Part shown: positions 26,211 through 44,046 of the stretch, piece by piece
Layout of the letters: the number at the start of each line of letters is the position of its first letter
Numbering within the stretch: the stretch's first letter is position 1
Origin: the human T2T-CHM13v2.0 reference genome, Homo sapiens
Length of the DNA stretch: 64,000 bases
Assembly (NCBI RefSeq): GCF_009914755.1
Contig: NC_060939.1
Reading direction: 5' to 3' (one strand)
The notes under the pieces: generated by a model
Databases searched by the model: none
Told to the model about the DNA's origin: nothing
Seen by the model: only the letters and a program-made list of their open reading frames with translations
Made by a program: the position numbers and the translations under genes

Positions 26211-27204
26211 GGGTCTTTCTATCAGCTATATTGCCTTCAGTATGGTCTTGTACTTTGTAGATGATCGATATATTTTGTTGAATATATAAATACAGTAATA
26301 AATATAGAGCAGGTAGGCTAGCTGATATTCCAGAATTATAGAAAAGAGACAAAAACGGTAGAAACAATTTGCCTCACCGTTTAGTAAAATAATGATGCTC
26401 ATAGTGATGACTTTGAGACATCTAGAAAAGTTAAAAATAAGCTCAGAAGCCTGTGAGCCAGATAGATAAATGCCAGATTTTCCACTATGATGTCGACATC
26501 AGTTACAAAGTACTCTTGCAAGTATGACAATAAATCAGTGATGTACATTATAATCACTCCAATATATATAGAGAAGAAGATCTAATACTCAGGGATGTTC
26601 ATTGGCCTGAGGTCACTTGGTATTGTGTAGATGCGGGAATCCAGATTTTCGGAATCAGGTGCATTTCCCACCACCTTTGACTCCTTTCAAAGCTGAGCTT
26701 TTACCTGTCAGAAACAATACTGTGAAACCACATCACGAAATCATTTCCACCTTTTTTTTCAGTTTTCAGACTTCTCTTTGTCCTTCTAACCAAGAGAAAA
26801 AATGGTGGGAAGTGGGAGTGGAGAAGAGAACAAGCATTCAGTGAGCACCTCATCGGGATCAGGCACCTCCTATTGCATCTGATGTACTCTTTTCTGGAAT
26901 CCTGTAGATGGGGTAAATCAGCTAGGGCTGAGTGAGTTAGCCAAGACTGCACAGCTAGCAGATGACAGAGAAGAATCTACAGCACAGTATGACTTCAAAG
27001 CCCGGTTCTTTCTGCCTCATAGGGGGACTGCTTCCTGCAGCCTATCCCTACAGCGAGAGCTACTCTGAGCTCTGTGTGAAGCAGCTTTGCACTCACAGAA
27101 CAGCCCTTGAGAAACCTCCTGATATTCTGTGATGACTGATCTTTTAGCAAAGCAGGAAGCCTTTGCCGGGACGGTGCCAGACCTGACATTTTATGCCTTA
27201 GTAT

Positions 27205-27430
27205 AGCATTTCTCAAAATGTGAAGTGTGAGCTACAGATTCTTCTTATTAAAATTTTAATAGTTGCATATTTATTTTAGTGTTTTAAAAATATGAATAGT
27301 TTTATAATCAGAGGAAAGAATAATTTTCCCCTGTAAAGAATTTGTTAAGTAAAACATGTATTGGCTGAAGAAAAACATGATGTAAATAAAATATAGGTGG
27401 TATGTGGACATGGCAAAAATCATGGAAGGA
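27205..27430. mobile_element. Probable hAT-Charlie DNA transposon relic
   Basis: TIR-like start tagcatttctcaaaatgtg and internal ggtggtatgtggacatggcaaaaatcatggaagg resemble recalled Charlie-family non-autonomous elements. Confidence 0.45.
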
Positions 27431-28780
27431 AATTATGACACCAAACCAATTATACTGAAGGATAGCTACAGTTATCAAAACACAGAAAAATCAAATTATG
27501 ATATAGTTATATATGTGCATCCTTAAGACATTAAATAACTAGTTCTAGAGGAAGATCTAATAACGATTGCAATTTTGCAGTCGTGATAAGCATAGATACC
27601 ATTTTGAGATACCTGCAGCGACATGTGGTGTGATATGAAAGTCTCCGTGCTTTCTCTTGGTTCCAAAGTCTCAGGTACTGTGAATACCACTGTGCTTTAC
27701 TGCCTCTCTTTATAATTGAAAGAAATAATACATCTCAGTTAGAAGCTGGTGAAATTAAGATATAATACTTCCCCTTTCAATGTTCTTTGAATTAAGAACC
27801 TCTTGTCAGGTGTCCAAATGAACTGGGTTTAAATCTCACTGCTAGCACGTAATAGCTGTGTTACCTTAGCAAGTAATTCCGGCTCTCTAAGTCCCTGAAG
27901 AGGGATAATGACAAGGGGAATTTACAGAGTTTATGGGTATGTAGTGCCGAAATTGTGCACATAAAGTACTTGGTACTGTGTTAGAATTCACTAAATGTTG
28001 TAAGTTTGCTCCTAGTGCTCCAGTGATGGGGATGGGTGACCATTCAGCCAGCAGAGGCTGCATTCTAGGAATGCAGCCTTTTCATTTCCTTACTTTTCCC
28101 CAAAGGGCTCAGATAAAATATTTCATTGTTCTGGAGGAAACTCATGATCCCATTAAATGGGCTTGCTTTTATTTACACTTGCACTTTGTAAAAACCAAAT
28201 AATTCAGTTGAGGTGTGTATGTGGAAGAGGGGATGACAATATAGGTATTAAACATACCTAGTGATTTTAGGGTATGTAAGAATGGGGAAAAATGATGTAT
28301 GCAGAGACACTGATTGAAGAGTAAGCATTAGAAAGTGATGAAATTAAAAAGGGGAATAGAATGTACAAAGGTATTTTGTAAGTAGAGAAGGTATCAGTAT
28401 TTTCTCTTTCTAATGTACTACTCTACTGTGCTATTGTTCTAGTTTGGATCGATTCTATGAAATAGTTTCCTATTACGGGTTAGAGAGATGCAAACTCCCT
28501 CATGATCTGCTCCACTTTAATGCTTTTAAAGTGAGTGAGTTTAATATTAAAAATGAAAAATGTGCAGGCAGATTTTATCTAATGGGAATTTGTCCACTTT
28601 GCTTCTTGGTAAAAACCCTGCATCAGGAATGAGATTTGGGAAGAGTTGAAATAAAAGAGTTTGAAAATAGTTATTGATGAGATGTGATACTTACTGTTAA
28701 GTAGAAACCATGAAAGATCATTCCCAGTTCAGCTGAATGGGAAGTGAACAGTCACATTGCTCTTGTAATGGGGCTGATAT

Positions 28781-29100
28781 GCAAGTCTTTGGAGAGGATG
28801 ATATATGTGAAGAGAAGTCCATGGAGAGGACATTATGATATCAAGACAATGACAAAACAAATTTCAATGCAAATCTATAGAGACCATATTACAATGTCAA
28901 GGCGATGGCAAAATGTAAGTCTGGAGAGACCATTTTACAATGTCAAGACAGTGGTAAAACAATGTCGCTGAAAGATTATTGAGACCACATTGCCATGTTA
29001 AATTACAATGTCAAAACATTATCATTGCAAGTCTTTAGAGATCATGTACCTCTTTTAAGATTATAGCAAAACAATGGAATTTGAAATAGCAAACAATGGA
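28781..29100. repeat. Degenerate tandem array, unit ~46-57 bp, about 5 copies
   Basis: Core gagaccatattacaatgtcaag (28880-28901), gagaccattttacaatgtcaag (28926-28947), gagaccacattgccatgttaaa (28981-29002), weaker copies at 28826 and 29038; gcaagtcttt at 28781 and 29027. Confidence 0.75.
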
Positions 29101-29770
29101 ACAAAGGAACTTTATCTAAGTTCCTATTACTATCAAGAAATGATGGTAAAAATGGAAAGGCAAGTCAAAAGGTTGTTAAGGAAACATAAACAATGACAAG
29201 CACTAAGAATGTGCAGTACATGCAGTTAGGATTCGACTTCATTGTTGCTTTGAAGAGAGTAAAGGCTCTCATGTAGAGATGTAGAAATAAGGTTGGAAAG
29301 CAAGTATAGCCAAAGGCTGATGGGAAGTCAGGGGTGAAAGAGACTGAGGTACAAGGGACACATAAGCAGCTGATTTATAAAATTTGAATCACACTCCTCT
29401 TCCCTAAATAACTGATTTATTGTTTTAATTATTCACGAGTCATTCTCACGACGTGAACTTCACAAATCCTTGGTTACTGAATCCTGCATTGCCTGAGAGC
29501 TTATTTGTGATGTAACGTCCATCACCCTCTGTTTAAACTTATATTCAGCTAATAGTTATTACTAGGTGTCAATCATTGTGCTAGGTACTTAGTTTCCTCA
29601 TGGGCAAATGGACTTTTCTTTTTTCCTACAAAGCTGGGAGGAGTAAGGAAGCTATGGATACAAAGGTGCTGTTAGCAAATGGGATGTGGAAAGGGGGCTT
29701 TCTAATTGCAACCCCAGTGCCCTCTTTGAGAATTTGAGCACGCTGCCTCACTAAGCTATGTTCAAGCGCC

Positions 29771-32890
<3,120 letters not shown>

Positions 32891-33691
32891 AAAGACACAG
32901 ACTGGCAAACTGGACAAAGAGTCAAGACCCATCAGTGTGCTGTATTCAGGAGACACATCTCATGTGCAGAGACACACATAGGCTCAAAATAAAGGGATGG
33001 AGGAAGATCTACCAAGCAAATGGAAAACAAAAAAAGGCAGGAGTTGCAATCCTCGTCTCTGATAAAACAGACTTTAAACCAACAAAGATCAAAAGGGACA
33101 AAGAAGGCCATTACCTAATGGTAAAGGGATCAATTCAACAAGAGCTAACTATCCTAAATATATATGCACCCAATACAGGAGCACCCAGATTCATAAAGCA
33201 AGTCCTTAGAGACTTACAAAGAGACTTAGACTCCCACACAATAATGGGAGACTTTAACACCCCACTGTCAGCATTCAACAGATCGAGACAGAAAGTTAAC
33301 AAGGATATCCAGAAATTGAACTCAGCTCTGCACCAAGCAGACCTAATAGATATCGACAGAACTCTCCACCCAAATCAACAAGAATATACATTCTTCTCAG
33401 CACCACATCGCACTTATTCCAAAATTGACCACATAGTTGGAAGTAAAGCACTCCTCAGCAAATGTAAAAGATCAGAAATTATAGCAAAGTGTCTCTCAGA
33501 CCACAGTGCAATCAAACTAGAACTCAGGATTAAGAAACTCACTCAAAACTGCTCAACTACATGGAAACTGAAAACCTGCTCCTGAGTGACTACTGGGTAC
33601 ATAACAAAATGAAGGCAGAAATAAAGATGTTCTTTGAAACCAATGGGAACAAAGAGACAACATACCAGAATCTCTGGGACACATTTGAAGC
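32891..33691 (+). mobile_element. Inverted 5' segment of the same L1 (ORF2 endonuclease region), twin-priming structure
   Basis: Sense-strand ORF2 from KRHRLANW to ...QNLWDTFEA; its outer end lies ~26 nt in L1 coordinates from the breakpoint of the antisense part. Confidence 0.93.
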
Positions 33692-34905
33692 TTTGTTGTA
33701 TATGAAACTGTGAGAATACATGTGGTCACTATCACTCATCTTCTAGGAAACTAGATTGGAAATCCAAGGCTGTGCACCTGGAACAGTATCGTGGCTTCCC
33801 TGAGATTATTCATCTGTTTAATGAAAGAAGTCGCTGTGATCTCACAGGCCCTCCCTTAATTCTAAGTTTGGTTTCCAGAATTAACTAAAATGTTTATGGT
33901 ATATATGAACAATTAACTGTGAAAGCCATTGTCATAACCCATTCTACCACACATCCAAAATAGGTACCATTGTTCTTTATAGTATTTCATCTATGTTAAG
34001 ATTTTTAGGAATGAATTTTTTTATAGACTTTTAAGTTAAAGTAATAGCTATGAATATATTTATCATATATATGAATATATATTCAGACCCATAAGTGTAT
34101 ATATGTATAAATTATACATACATATATATCCAATGTGTGTGTATATATGTATATATATGTGTGTTTTATTATTTTTGCTCTCCTTTAGAAAAAATCTGAT
34201 AGTTCTATCATTATGAATTCTAGGGGTCCACAATCTTCCTGAAAAATCAGTTTGCTTCTGCTTTCTCATGTTGGCTTTTTGTTTCTATTTGTATGTATGT
34301 GTGCATGTGTACATTATGGATTATAAACTTAAGATTATCTTCAGCAAAGTAGACCTATGGTCTTTTGCTTGTGGGGTAGAAGGCCCATTTCTCCTGAGAC
34401 ACTTTTTGCTTTTGTCAGTTATTAATGCCAATGATTTTATCCATGGCCTTTCTAGAGCCTCGCAGCTTGTAGGATCTCAGCTCTGATTCCATATACTATG
34501 TAGGCTCAAGTCATCATCCATTGTTCCTACATGAAGGTTAAAACCCAAACCACTGGCTTGTTGTGCCTGGAGTGATTCTCTCTTGGTTATCCTCCTGTCA
34601 TTTTCATCTTTTTTTCTCCCCTCCCAAATTCCTTCATAAGATTATTCTTCCTTAGTCTGTTCTATAATTATTGGCTTTCCCCCAAAGTTTACAATGTTCA
34701 ATATTTATCTGATTATATAGCACTCTGTTCACCCCAATCCCTCAGAAGTATACCATCATTTCCTATTAGGGTGAACTCTTTACCCAACTCCATGCTTCCA
34801 TACCTTTACTCTGTTCTTCATACTAAAGCTTCAACTTAACTGAGATAGAAACTTGGCAACACTTGTTTTAAAATTCTTTGATGGTTCCTCCTTGTTCACA
34901 ACACA

Positions 34906-34908
<3 letters not shown>

Positions 34909-34957
<49 letters not shown>
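34909..34957. repeat. (AC)24 microsatellite
   Basis: Read directly. Confidence 0.97.
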
Positions 34958-34961
<4 letters not shown>

Positions 34962-35673
34962 TTTAGACCCCTTTTCATAGCATGTTAACCCCTTAGGATC
35001 AGTCTCCTGCAGACCCCTTTCAGTCTCATCTAACTCTCCCATGCCTAGTTCTAGCTTTCTAGCCATTTTGAATTGTTGGTTGGTCTTGCTCTTTTTTAGC
35101 TTGCTTTGCTTCTGTATTCACTGCTCCTTCTGTTTAGTGTTTAGTTAACCAATATGCTGTATATATTATTACAAGATTTTAGATGGTTACATTTACCTTG
35201 TTTCTATTCTTTTTCTTCTTGTACTAATAGATATGATGCATTCAAAACTTAAAAAAAAATCTATGATACATTAGTGTAAAAGAAATTAGACTTCCTAGCT
35301 CACAGAAGCATGCGCCCTAGAAAGTTATATGGTTGCTATAAAACATAGCTCTGACCTCTCCTATGGACGTTATTTGTCCTTTTCTCCAATAATCTTTCCT
35401 AGCATATCAGTTGTTATATTATTTTAGAGGTAAGGCCCATGATTGAAAGGATTACACTGGGATTATACTATCAGTGACACGAGTTCCTCAATAATCATTG
35501 ATTTACCAGTGCATTCTAGAGAATTTAACATACCTCTACAACAAGCACATGCATTTGGAAATATGCTATTTCAAAATAATAAAAATGACAACTCTTAGGC
35601 TGCTGACAATACTTCCACTTTCAGGAATAAAGGCATTATTTTGACCTTCTTCAAGGCAGTAAGTACCCCAATT

Positions 35674-35747
35674 TTGTATCCCAGTTTTATTGGCTTTCCT
35701 TGTATCCCAGTTTTATTGTATCCCAGTTTTATTGTATCCCAGTTTTA
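35674..35747. repeat. Minisatellite, 16-bp unit ttgtatcccagtttta, 4 perfect copies
   Basis: Copies at 35674, 35700, 35716 and 35732; followed by the MIR core cctcagtttactcatctgcaaaatggggataata. Confidence 0.92.
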
Positions 35748-35757
35748 TTGGTTCTCC

Positions 35758-35910
35758 TTTCCTCAGTTTACTCATCTGCAAAATGGGGATAATAAAGGTA
35801 CCTATCTCTTGCATTATTTGGTGATTAAATGAATTAATGCCTAAAAGTACTTAGAACAAAGCCTGGTAACTGAGTAAAAATTCAGTAAAGATGAACTTAT
35901 TATTGTTATT
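35758..35910 (+). mobile_element. MIR SINE 3' half
   Basis: cctcagtttactcatctgcaaaatggggataataaaggtacct...gtgattaaatgaattaatgcctaaaagtacttagaacaaagcctgg. Confidence 0.8.
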
Positions 35911-36569
35911 TTCCTCATCTTTTTCTCATTTTATCAGAGAAGATTTTAAAGAAAAAATCAATATTTTAAGAGATAATATACATGTTATCTTTTGGATCTC
36001 TCTTACATTCATGGTTAACTTGGAAAATAGGGTCTCCTATTAGTCATGTATTCTTTGGTATAATTTAAATACATTGTTTATTTTTTCTGATTTGTGATAA
36101 TTATGAAATGAATATTGTTCCTTAGTAAAGCCATTCAGTCATCAGCAACCATGGCAGGAAGATCTGGAAAGTAGAAGGCCTCTTAGAGAAATCAAGAAAA
36201 TGTTTCTGCCATTATTGTGTAAGGTCACTATGGTGACCACATCCCATGTTGTTTTCTACCCACCCTTAACTGCTGAGAAAATTTGATATTATTAGTTACT
36301 TCCCATAACTTTATATTTCTTACACAGTGATAAAAGATTTAAGAAAAAACATATGATATTCTGTTATTTTTCTCCCTTCTCCAAGGCTATGTATACTTTT
36401 CTATAACATCTTGGGAATATATGAAATACTAAGTAACATAAATTTAATGAATATTATTCATTAAATAAATGATTGATCTTATCTCCAATATCAACTGAAT
36501 ATCCTGAAACCTCAAAACTCCTTGGACAGAAACAATGGTTCAAGAAGTAAAAACTCTAATTTGCTTTTT

Positions 36570-38835
<2,266 letters not shown>

Positions 38836-39234
38836 CTACATGTTATAACAACTGGAGCATGAAACTGCGGATTTTTCCCTTGAAGAAGCCCAGTACTTTG
38901 CTTGAAAAGCAATCTACTTCCTTAAAGTATCTTCTTACTTCCTACTGTTGATTATAGTAGAAATCAAGAGATAAATTAATCCAAGTAAAGATTTAGTCAA
39001 GACACTAAGTTATTCTTAAATAACCAAACAGTAAAATTAAAAAGTGATGGAATGATTTTCTACAGTTGACTTAAACAGTAGCACAGACATTTTTAGTTAT
39101 GTCTTTCAGAAGTAAAGTTCATTTTCCTCTGCCACCCTCATGTTCTCTATTTCAAGGATCTAATTCTAGGCACTATTTTATTTTTATATTTTTTCCTACT
39201 CATTTGACATCTTTGGTATTTTGGTTTGTTTTTT

Positions 39235-39712
39235 CTTCAACTTTTTGTTTTAAAATAATTTTAAATTTACAGAAAAGTCACAAAAGAGTACAGAATGTTC
39301 TTATATAACTTTTCATCCAGCATCCACTAATCATCCTAGTTAATGGTAGTACCAGTATCAAAAGAAGGAACTTCAGATGGGTACAATTTTATTAATTAAA
39401 CTAGAGACCTAATTTGAATTTTACTAATTGAGCCACTAATGTTCTTTTCCAAATTCAGAATCCAATCGAGAATTTCACACTGCGTTTAGTCATCTTGTCT
39501 CCCTAGTTCTCTCTAGTCTTAGTCTTTCCTTGAAAATTATATTATAAAATGTCTCTCAAGTTGGGTTTGTCTGCTGTTATCTCATAATTAAATTCAGGTT
39601 ATACACTTTTCGGCCAAAAAAAAAAAATCTCACCCCAAATGCCATCCTTATCAATGTATTATATCAGGGGTTCTTGATGTTGATATGTCTCGTTAGTGAT
39701 GATGCTAACCTT
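39235..39712 (-). mobile_element. Old L1 (L1MC4/5-like) 3' end, left piece
   Basis: ttttaaaataattttaaatttacagaaaagt...aatgtctctcaagttgggtttgtctg; resumes at 44047 after the nested insertions. Confidence 0.7.
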
Positions 39713-42700
39713 AAAAAGTTTTTTATTTCAATAGCTTTTGAGGTACAAGTGGGTTTTGGTTACATGGATGAATTGTATAGTGCTAAAGTCTGAGATGTTA
39801 CTGCACACATTGCACCCATTGTACTGGTCCATTTTCACACTACTATAAATAACTACCCAAGACTGAGTAATTCATGAAGAAAAGAGGCTTAATTGACTGA
39901 CAGTTCTGCAGACTTAACAGGAAGCATGACTGGGGGCCTCAGTAAACTTACAATCGTGGCAGAAAGTGAAGGGGAAGCAAGGACCTTCTTCACATGGTGG
40001 CAGCAGAGAAAGAGAGAGTGAGGGGGGAAGTGCCACACAATTTTAAACCATCAGATCTCGTGAGAAATCACTCACTATTATGAGAACAGCCTGGGAGGAT
40101 ATTCGCCCCTATGATCCAATCACCTCCCACCAGGTCCCTCCCCAACATTGGGAATTAAAATTTAACATGAGATTTGGGTGGGGACACAGAGCTAAAATGT
40201 ATCATTCCACCCCTGGTTCCTCCCAAATCTCAATTCCCACTCACATTTCAAAACACAACCATGCTTTCCCAATAGTCCTTCAAAGTCTTAACTAATTCCA
40301 GAATTAACCCAAGAGTCCAAGCCCATAGTCTCATCTGAGACAAAGCAAGTCTCTTTCACCTATGAGTCTGTAAAATAAAAAACAAGAGTATTATTTCCAA
40401 GATACAATGAGGGTAAAGGCACCAGGTAAGTGATCCTGTTCCAAATGGGAGAAATTGGCCAAAATAAAGGGGCTATGGGTCCCATGCTAGTCAAAAACCC
40501 AGCAGGGCAGCCATTACATCTTAAAGCTCCAAAATAATCTCCTTTGACTCCACGTCTCACAACCAGAGCATGCTGATGCAAAGGGTGGGCTCCCAAGGCC
40601 TCGGGCAGCTGTGCCTTTGTGGTTCTAGATGGACAGCCCCTGCAGCTGCTTTCACAGGCTAACATGGAGTGCCTATGGCTTTTCCAATGACACAGTGCGA
40701 GCTGTTGGTAGATCTACCATCCTGGGGTCTGGAGGACAGTGGCCCTTTTCTCACAGCTCCACCAGGCAGTGTCCCAGTGGGGATTCTGAGTGGGGGCTCC
40801 AAACCCACATTTCACCTCCACAGTATACTAATAAGAGGTTCTCCTTGAGGGCTCTGCCCCTGCAGTGGACTTCTGCCTGGACATCCAGGTGTTTCCATAC
40901 ATCCTCTGAAATTTAGGCTGAGGTTCCCAAACTCCAACTCCTGTCTTCTGTGCACCCACAGGCACAACACCACCCTTCAGAGGGTAAAAGCCACCAAGGC
41001 TTGGGGCTTGCCACCCTCTGAAGACATAACCTGAGCTGTACATTGGCCTCTTTCAGCCATGGCTGGAGCTAGAGCAGGTAGGATGCAAGGCACCATGTTC
41101 CAAGGCTGCACAGAGCAGCGGGGCCCTGGGCACAGCCCACAAAACCATTTTTCCTTCCTAGACATTCATCCCTGGAATGGGAGGGGCTGCTGTGAAGGTC
41201 CCTGAAATGCCCTGGAGACATTTTCCCCCATGGTCTTGGTTATTAACATTCAGCTTCTTGTTACTTATGCAAATTTCTGCAGCTGGCTTGAATTTCTCTC
41301 CAGAAAATGGGCTTGTCTATTCCAACACATAGTTATGCTGCAAATTTTCCAAACTTTTGCTCTCTGCTTCCCTTTTAAATATAAGTTCAAATTTCAGACC
41401 ATCTCTTTGTTCACACATGAGTGTATGCTTTTAGAAACAGCCAAGTCACATCTTGAATGCTTTGCTGCTTATCCATTTCTTCTGCCAGATACTCCAAATC
41501 ATCTCTCTCAAGTTCAAAGTTTCACAAATCTCTAGGGTATGGGAAAAATACTGCCAGCCTCTTTTCTAAAGCATAGGAAGAGTGACCTTTACTTCAGTTC
41601 CTAATAAGTTCCTCATCTCCATCTGAGACCACCTCAGCCTGGACTTCATTGTCCATATCCCTATCATCATTTTGGTCAAAACCATTCAACAAGTATCTAG
41701 GAAGTTCCAAACTTTCCCACATCTTCCTGTCTTCTGAGCCCTTCAAACTGTTCCAACCTCTGCCCATTACCCAGTTCCAAAGTTGCTTCCACATTTTTGG
41801 GTACCTTTATAGCAATGCTCCATTTCCCCGATACCAATTTTCTGTATTAGTGTGTTTTCATGTTGTGATAAAGAACTACCTGAGACTAGATAATTTATGA
41901 AGAAAAGAGGTTATATTGACTCACACAGGAAGCATTACTGGAAGGCCTCAGGAAACTTACACTCATGGCTGAAGGCAAAGGGGCAGCTAGGACCTTCTTC
42001 ACGTGGTGGCAGGAAAGACAGAATGAGGAGGGAAGTGCCACACACTTTTAAACCATCAGATCTCATGAAGGCTCACTCACTATCATGAGAACAGCATGGG
42101 AGAAATATGCCAGCATAATTCAGTCACCTCCAACCAGGTGCCTCTCCCAACATTGGGAATTAGAATTCAACATGAGATTTGAGTGGGGACACAGAGCCAA
42201 ACCATATCACCCATCATCAAAACATCACTAAAGTATGATACATCATATGCAATATCTAGTTTTTTATCCCTTACCCCCATTCCCACCCTCTCCCAAGTCT
42301 CCACAGTCCATTATATCATTCTGTATGCCTTTGCATACCCATAGCTTAGCTCCCACTTATAAGTGGGAACATATGGTATTTGGCTTTCTATTCCTGAGTT
42401 ACTTCTCTTAAAATAATGGCTTTCGGCTCCATCCAAGTTGCTGCAAAAGATATTATTTGATTCTTTTTTATGGCTGTGTAGTATTCCATAGTGTATACAT
42501 ACTGTATGTCTTTATCCACTCATTAGTTGGTGGGCACATAACTTGGTTCCATATCCTTGCAATTGTTAATTGTGCTCCAACAGACATACATATGCGGGTA
42601 TATTTTTTACATACTGACTTATTTTCCTTTGGGTCAATACCAGTAGTGGGATTGCTAGATCAAATGGTAGTTCTGCTTATAGTTCTTTCAGAAATCTCCA

Positions 42701-44028
42701 TACTATTTTTCATAGAGGTTGTACTAATTTACATTACCACCAGAAGTATACAAGCATTACCTTTTCACCACAACCACACCAACATCTGTTGTTTTTTGAC
42801 TTTTTAATAATGGCTATGCTTGCAGGAGTAAGGTGGCATTTCATTGTGGTTTTAATTTGCATTTCCCTGATGATTAGTAACATTGAGTATTTTTTTCATA
42901 TGTTTGTTGGCCATTTGTATATCTTTTTTTTTTTTTTTAGAAATGTCTGTTCATCTCATTTGCCCACTTTTTGATGGGATTATTTATCTTCTTCCTGCTG
43001 ATTTGAGTTCCTTGTAGATTCTGGATGTTAGTCCTTTGTCAGATGCATAGTTTGCAAATATTTTCTCCTAATCTATGTGTTGTCTGCTTTCTCTGCTGAT
43101 TATTTCTTTGGCCATACAGTTCAATTAGGTCCTATTTATTTATTTTTGTTTTTGTTGCATTTTCTTTTGGGGTCTGAGTCATGAATTCTTTGCCTGGGTC
43201 AATGTCCAGAAGAGTTTCTCCTAGGTTATCTTCTTGAATTTTTAGGGCTTCAGCCTTCAGATTTAAGTTTTTGATCATCTTGAGTTGATTTTTATATAAG
43301 GTGAAAGACAGGTATCCAGTTTCATTCTATTATATGTGGCTATCCAATTTTCCTAGCACTGTTTATTAAATAGGTTGTCCTTTTCAGTTTTTTTTTGTAT
43401 GCTTTGTCAAAAATCAGTTGGTTGTAAATATTTGGGTTTATTTCCAAGTTGTCTGTAGGTCTGCTTTTATACCAGTATCACGCTGTTTTGGTAACTATAG
43501 CCTTGTATTATAATTTGAAGTCAGGTAATGTGGCTCATCAAGAAATAATCATGTAATGTGATGCCTCATTTGTTCTTTATGCTTAGGATTGCTTTGGCTA
43601 TTTGGGCTCTTTTTTGGTTCCATAGGAATTTTAGGATTTTTCTAATTCTGTGAAAAATGATATTAGTATTTTGATAGGAATTGCATTTAATATGTAGACA
43701 TAATATTTCACAATATTAATTCTTTCAGGCTATCAGCATGGGAAGTGTTTCCATTTGTGTCACCCATGATTTGTTTCAGCAGTGTTTTGTAGTTCTCTTT
43801 GTAGAGATCTTTCACCTCCTTGGTTAAGTATATTCCTAGGTATTTTATTTTTGCAGCTATTGTAAAAGGAATTGAGTTCTTGATTTGATTCTTAGCTTGG
43901 TCATTGTTGATGTATAGCAGTGCTACTGACTTACAGTACGTTGATTTTGTAAGCTGAGAGTTTAACTGAATTTGTTTATCAAATCTAGGAGTCTTTTGTA
44001 CGAGTCATTAGGGATTTCTAGGTATATG
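39713..44028 (-). mobile_element. 5'-truncated L1PB-type element, interrupted by MSTA at 39820-42209
   Basis: 3' end ttttatttcaatagcttttgaggtacaagtgggttttggttacatggatgaattg; resumes at 42215; degenerate TSD agtgatgatgctaacctt 39695-39712 / agtgatggtgataacctt 44029-44046. Confidence 0.82.
39820..42209 (-). mobile_element. Complete MaLR element (MSTA-like): LTR 39820-40204, internal 40205-41842, LTR 41843-42209
   Basis: Two similar LTRs with TG...CA ends; MST/THE1-type internal sequence (ORF 41594..41794, MWKQLWNWV..GRGWNSL); polypurine tract next to 40205 on the minus strand; 5-bp TSD cccat at 39815-39819 and 42210-42214. Confidence 0.93.
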
Positions 44029-44046
44029 AGTGATGGTGATAACCTT

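Noticed and set aside
28781-29100. Repeat-spacer pattern reminiscent of a CRISPR array
   Set aside because: Primate DNA, degenerate repeats, spacers homologous to each other and no cas genes; it is a decayed tandem repeat.
35674-35757. Perfect 16-bp direct repeats as CRISPR or iteron-like sites
   Set aside because: Three copies are directly adjacent with no spacers; a simple minisatellite.
40080-42088. ORFs in the MSTA internal region as a retroviral gene
   Set aside because: Short fragments on both strands of a decayed MaLR internal sequence; no intact gag/pol.
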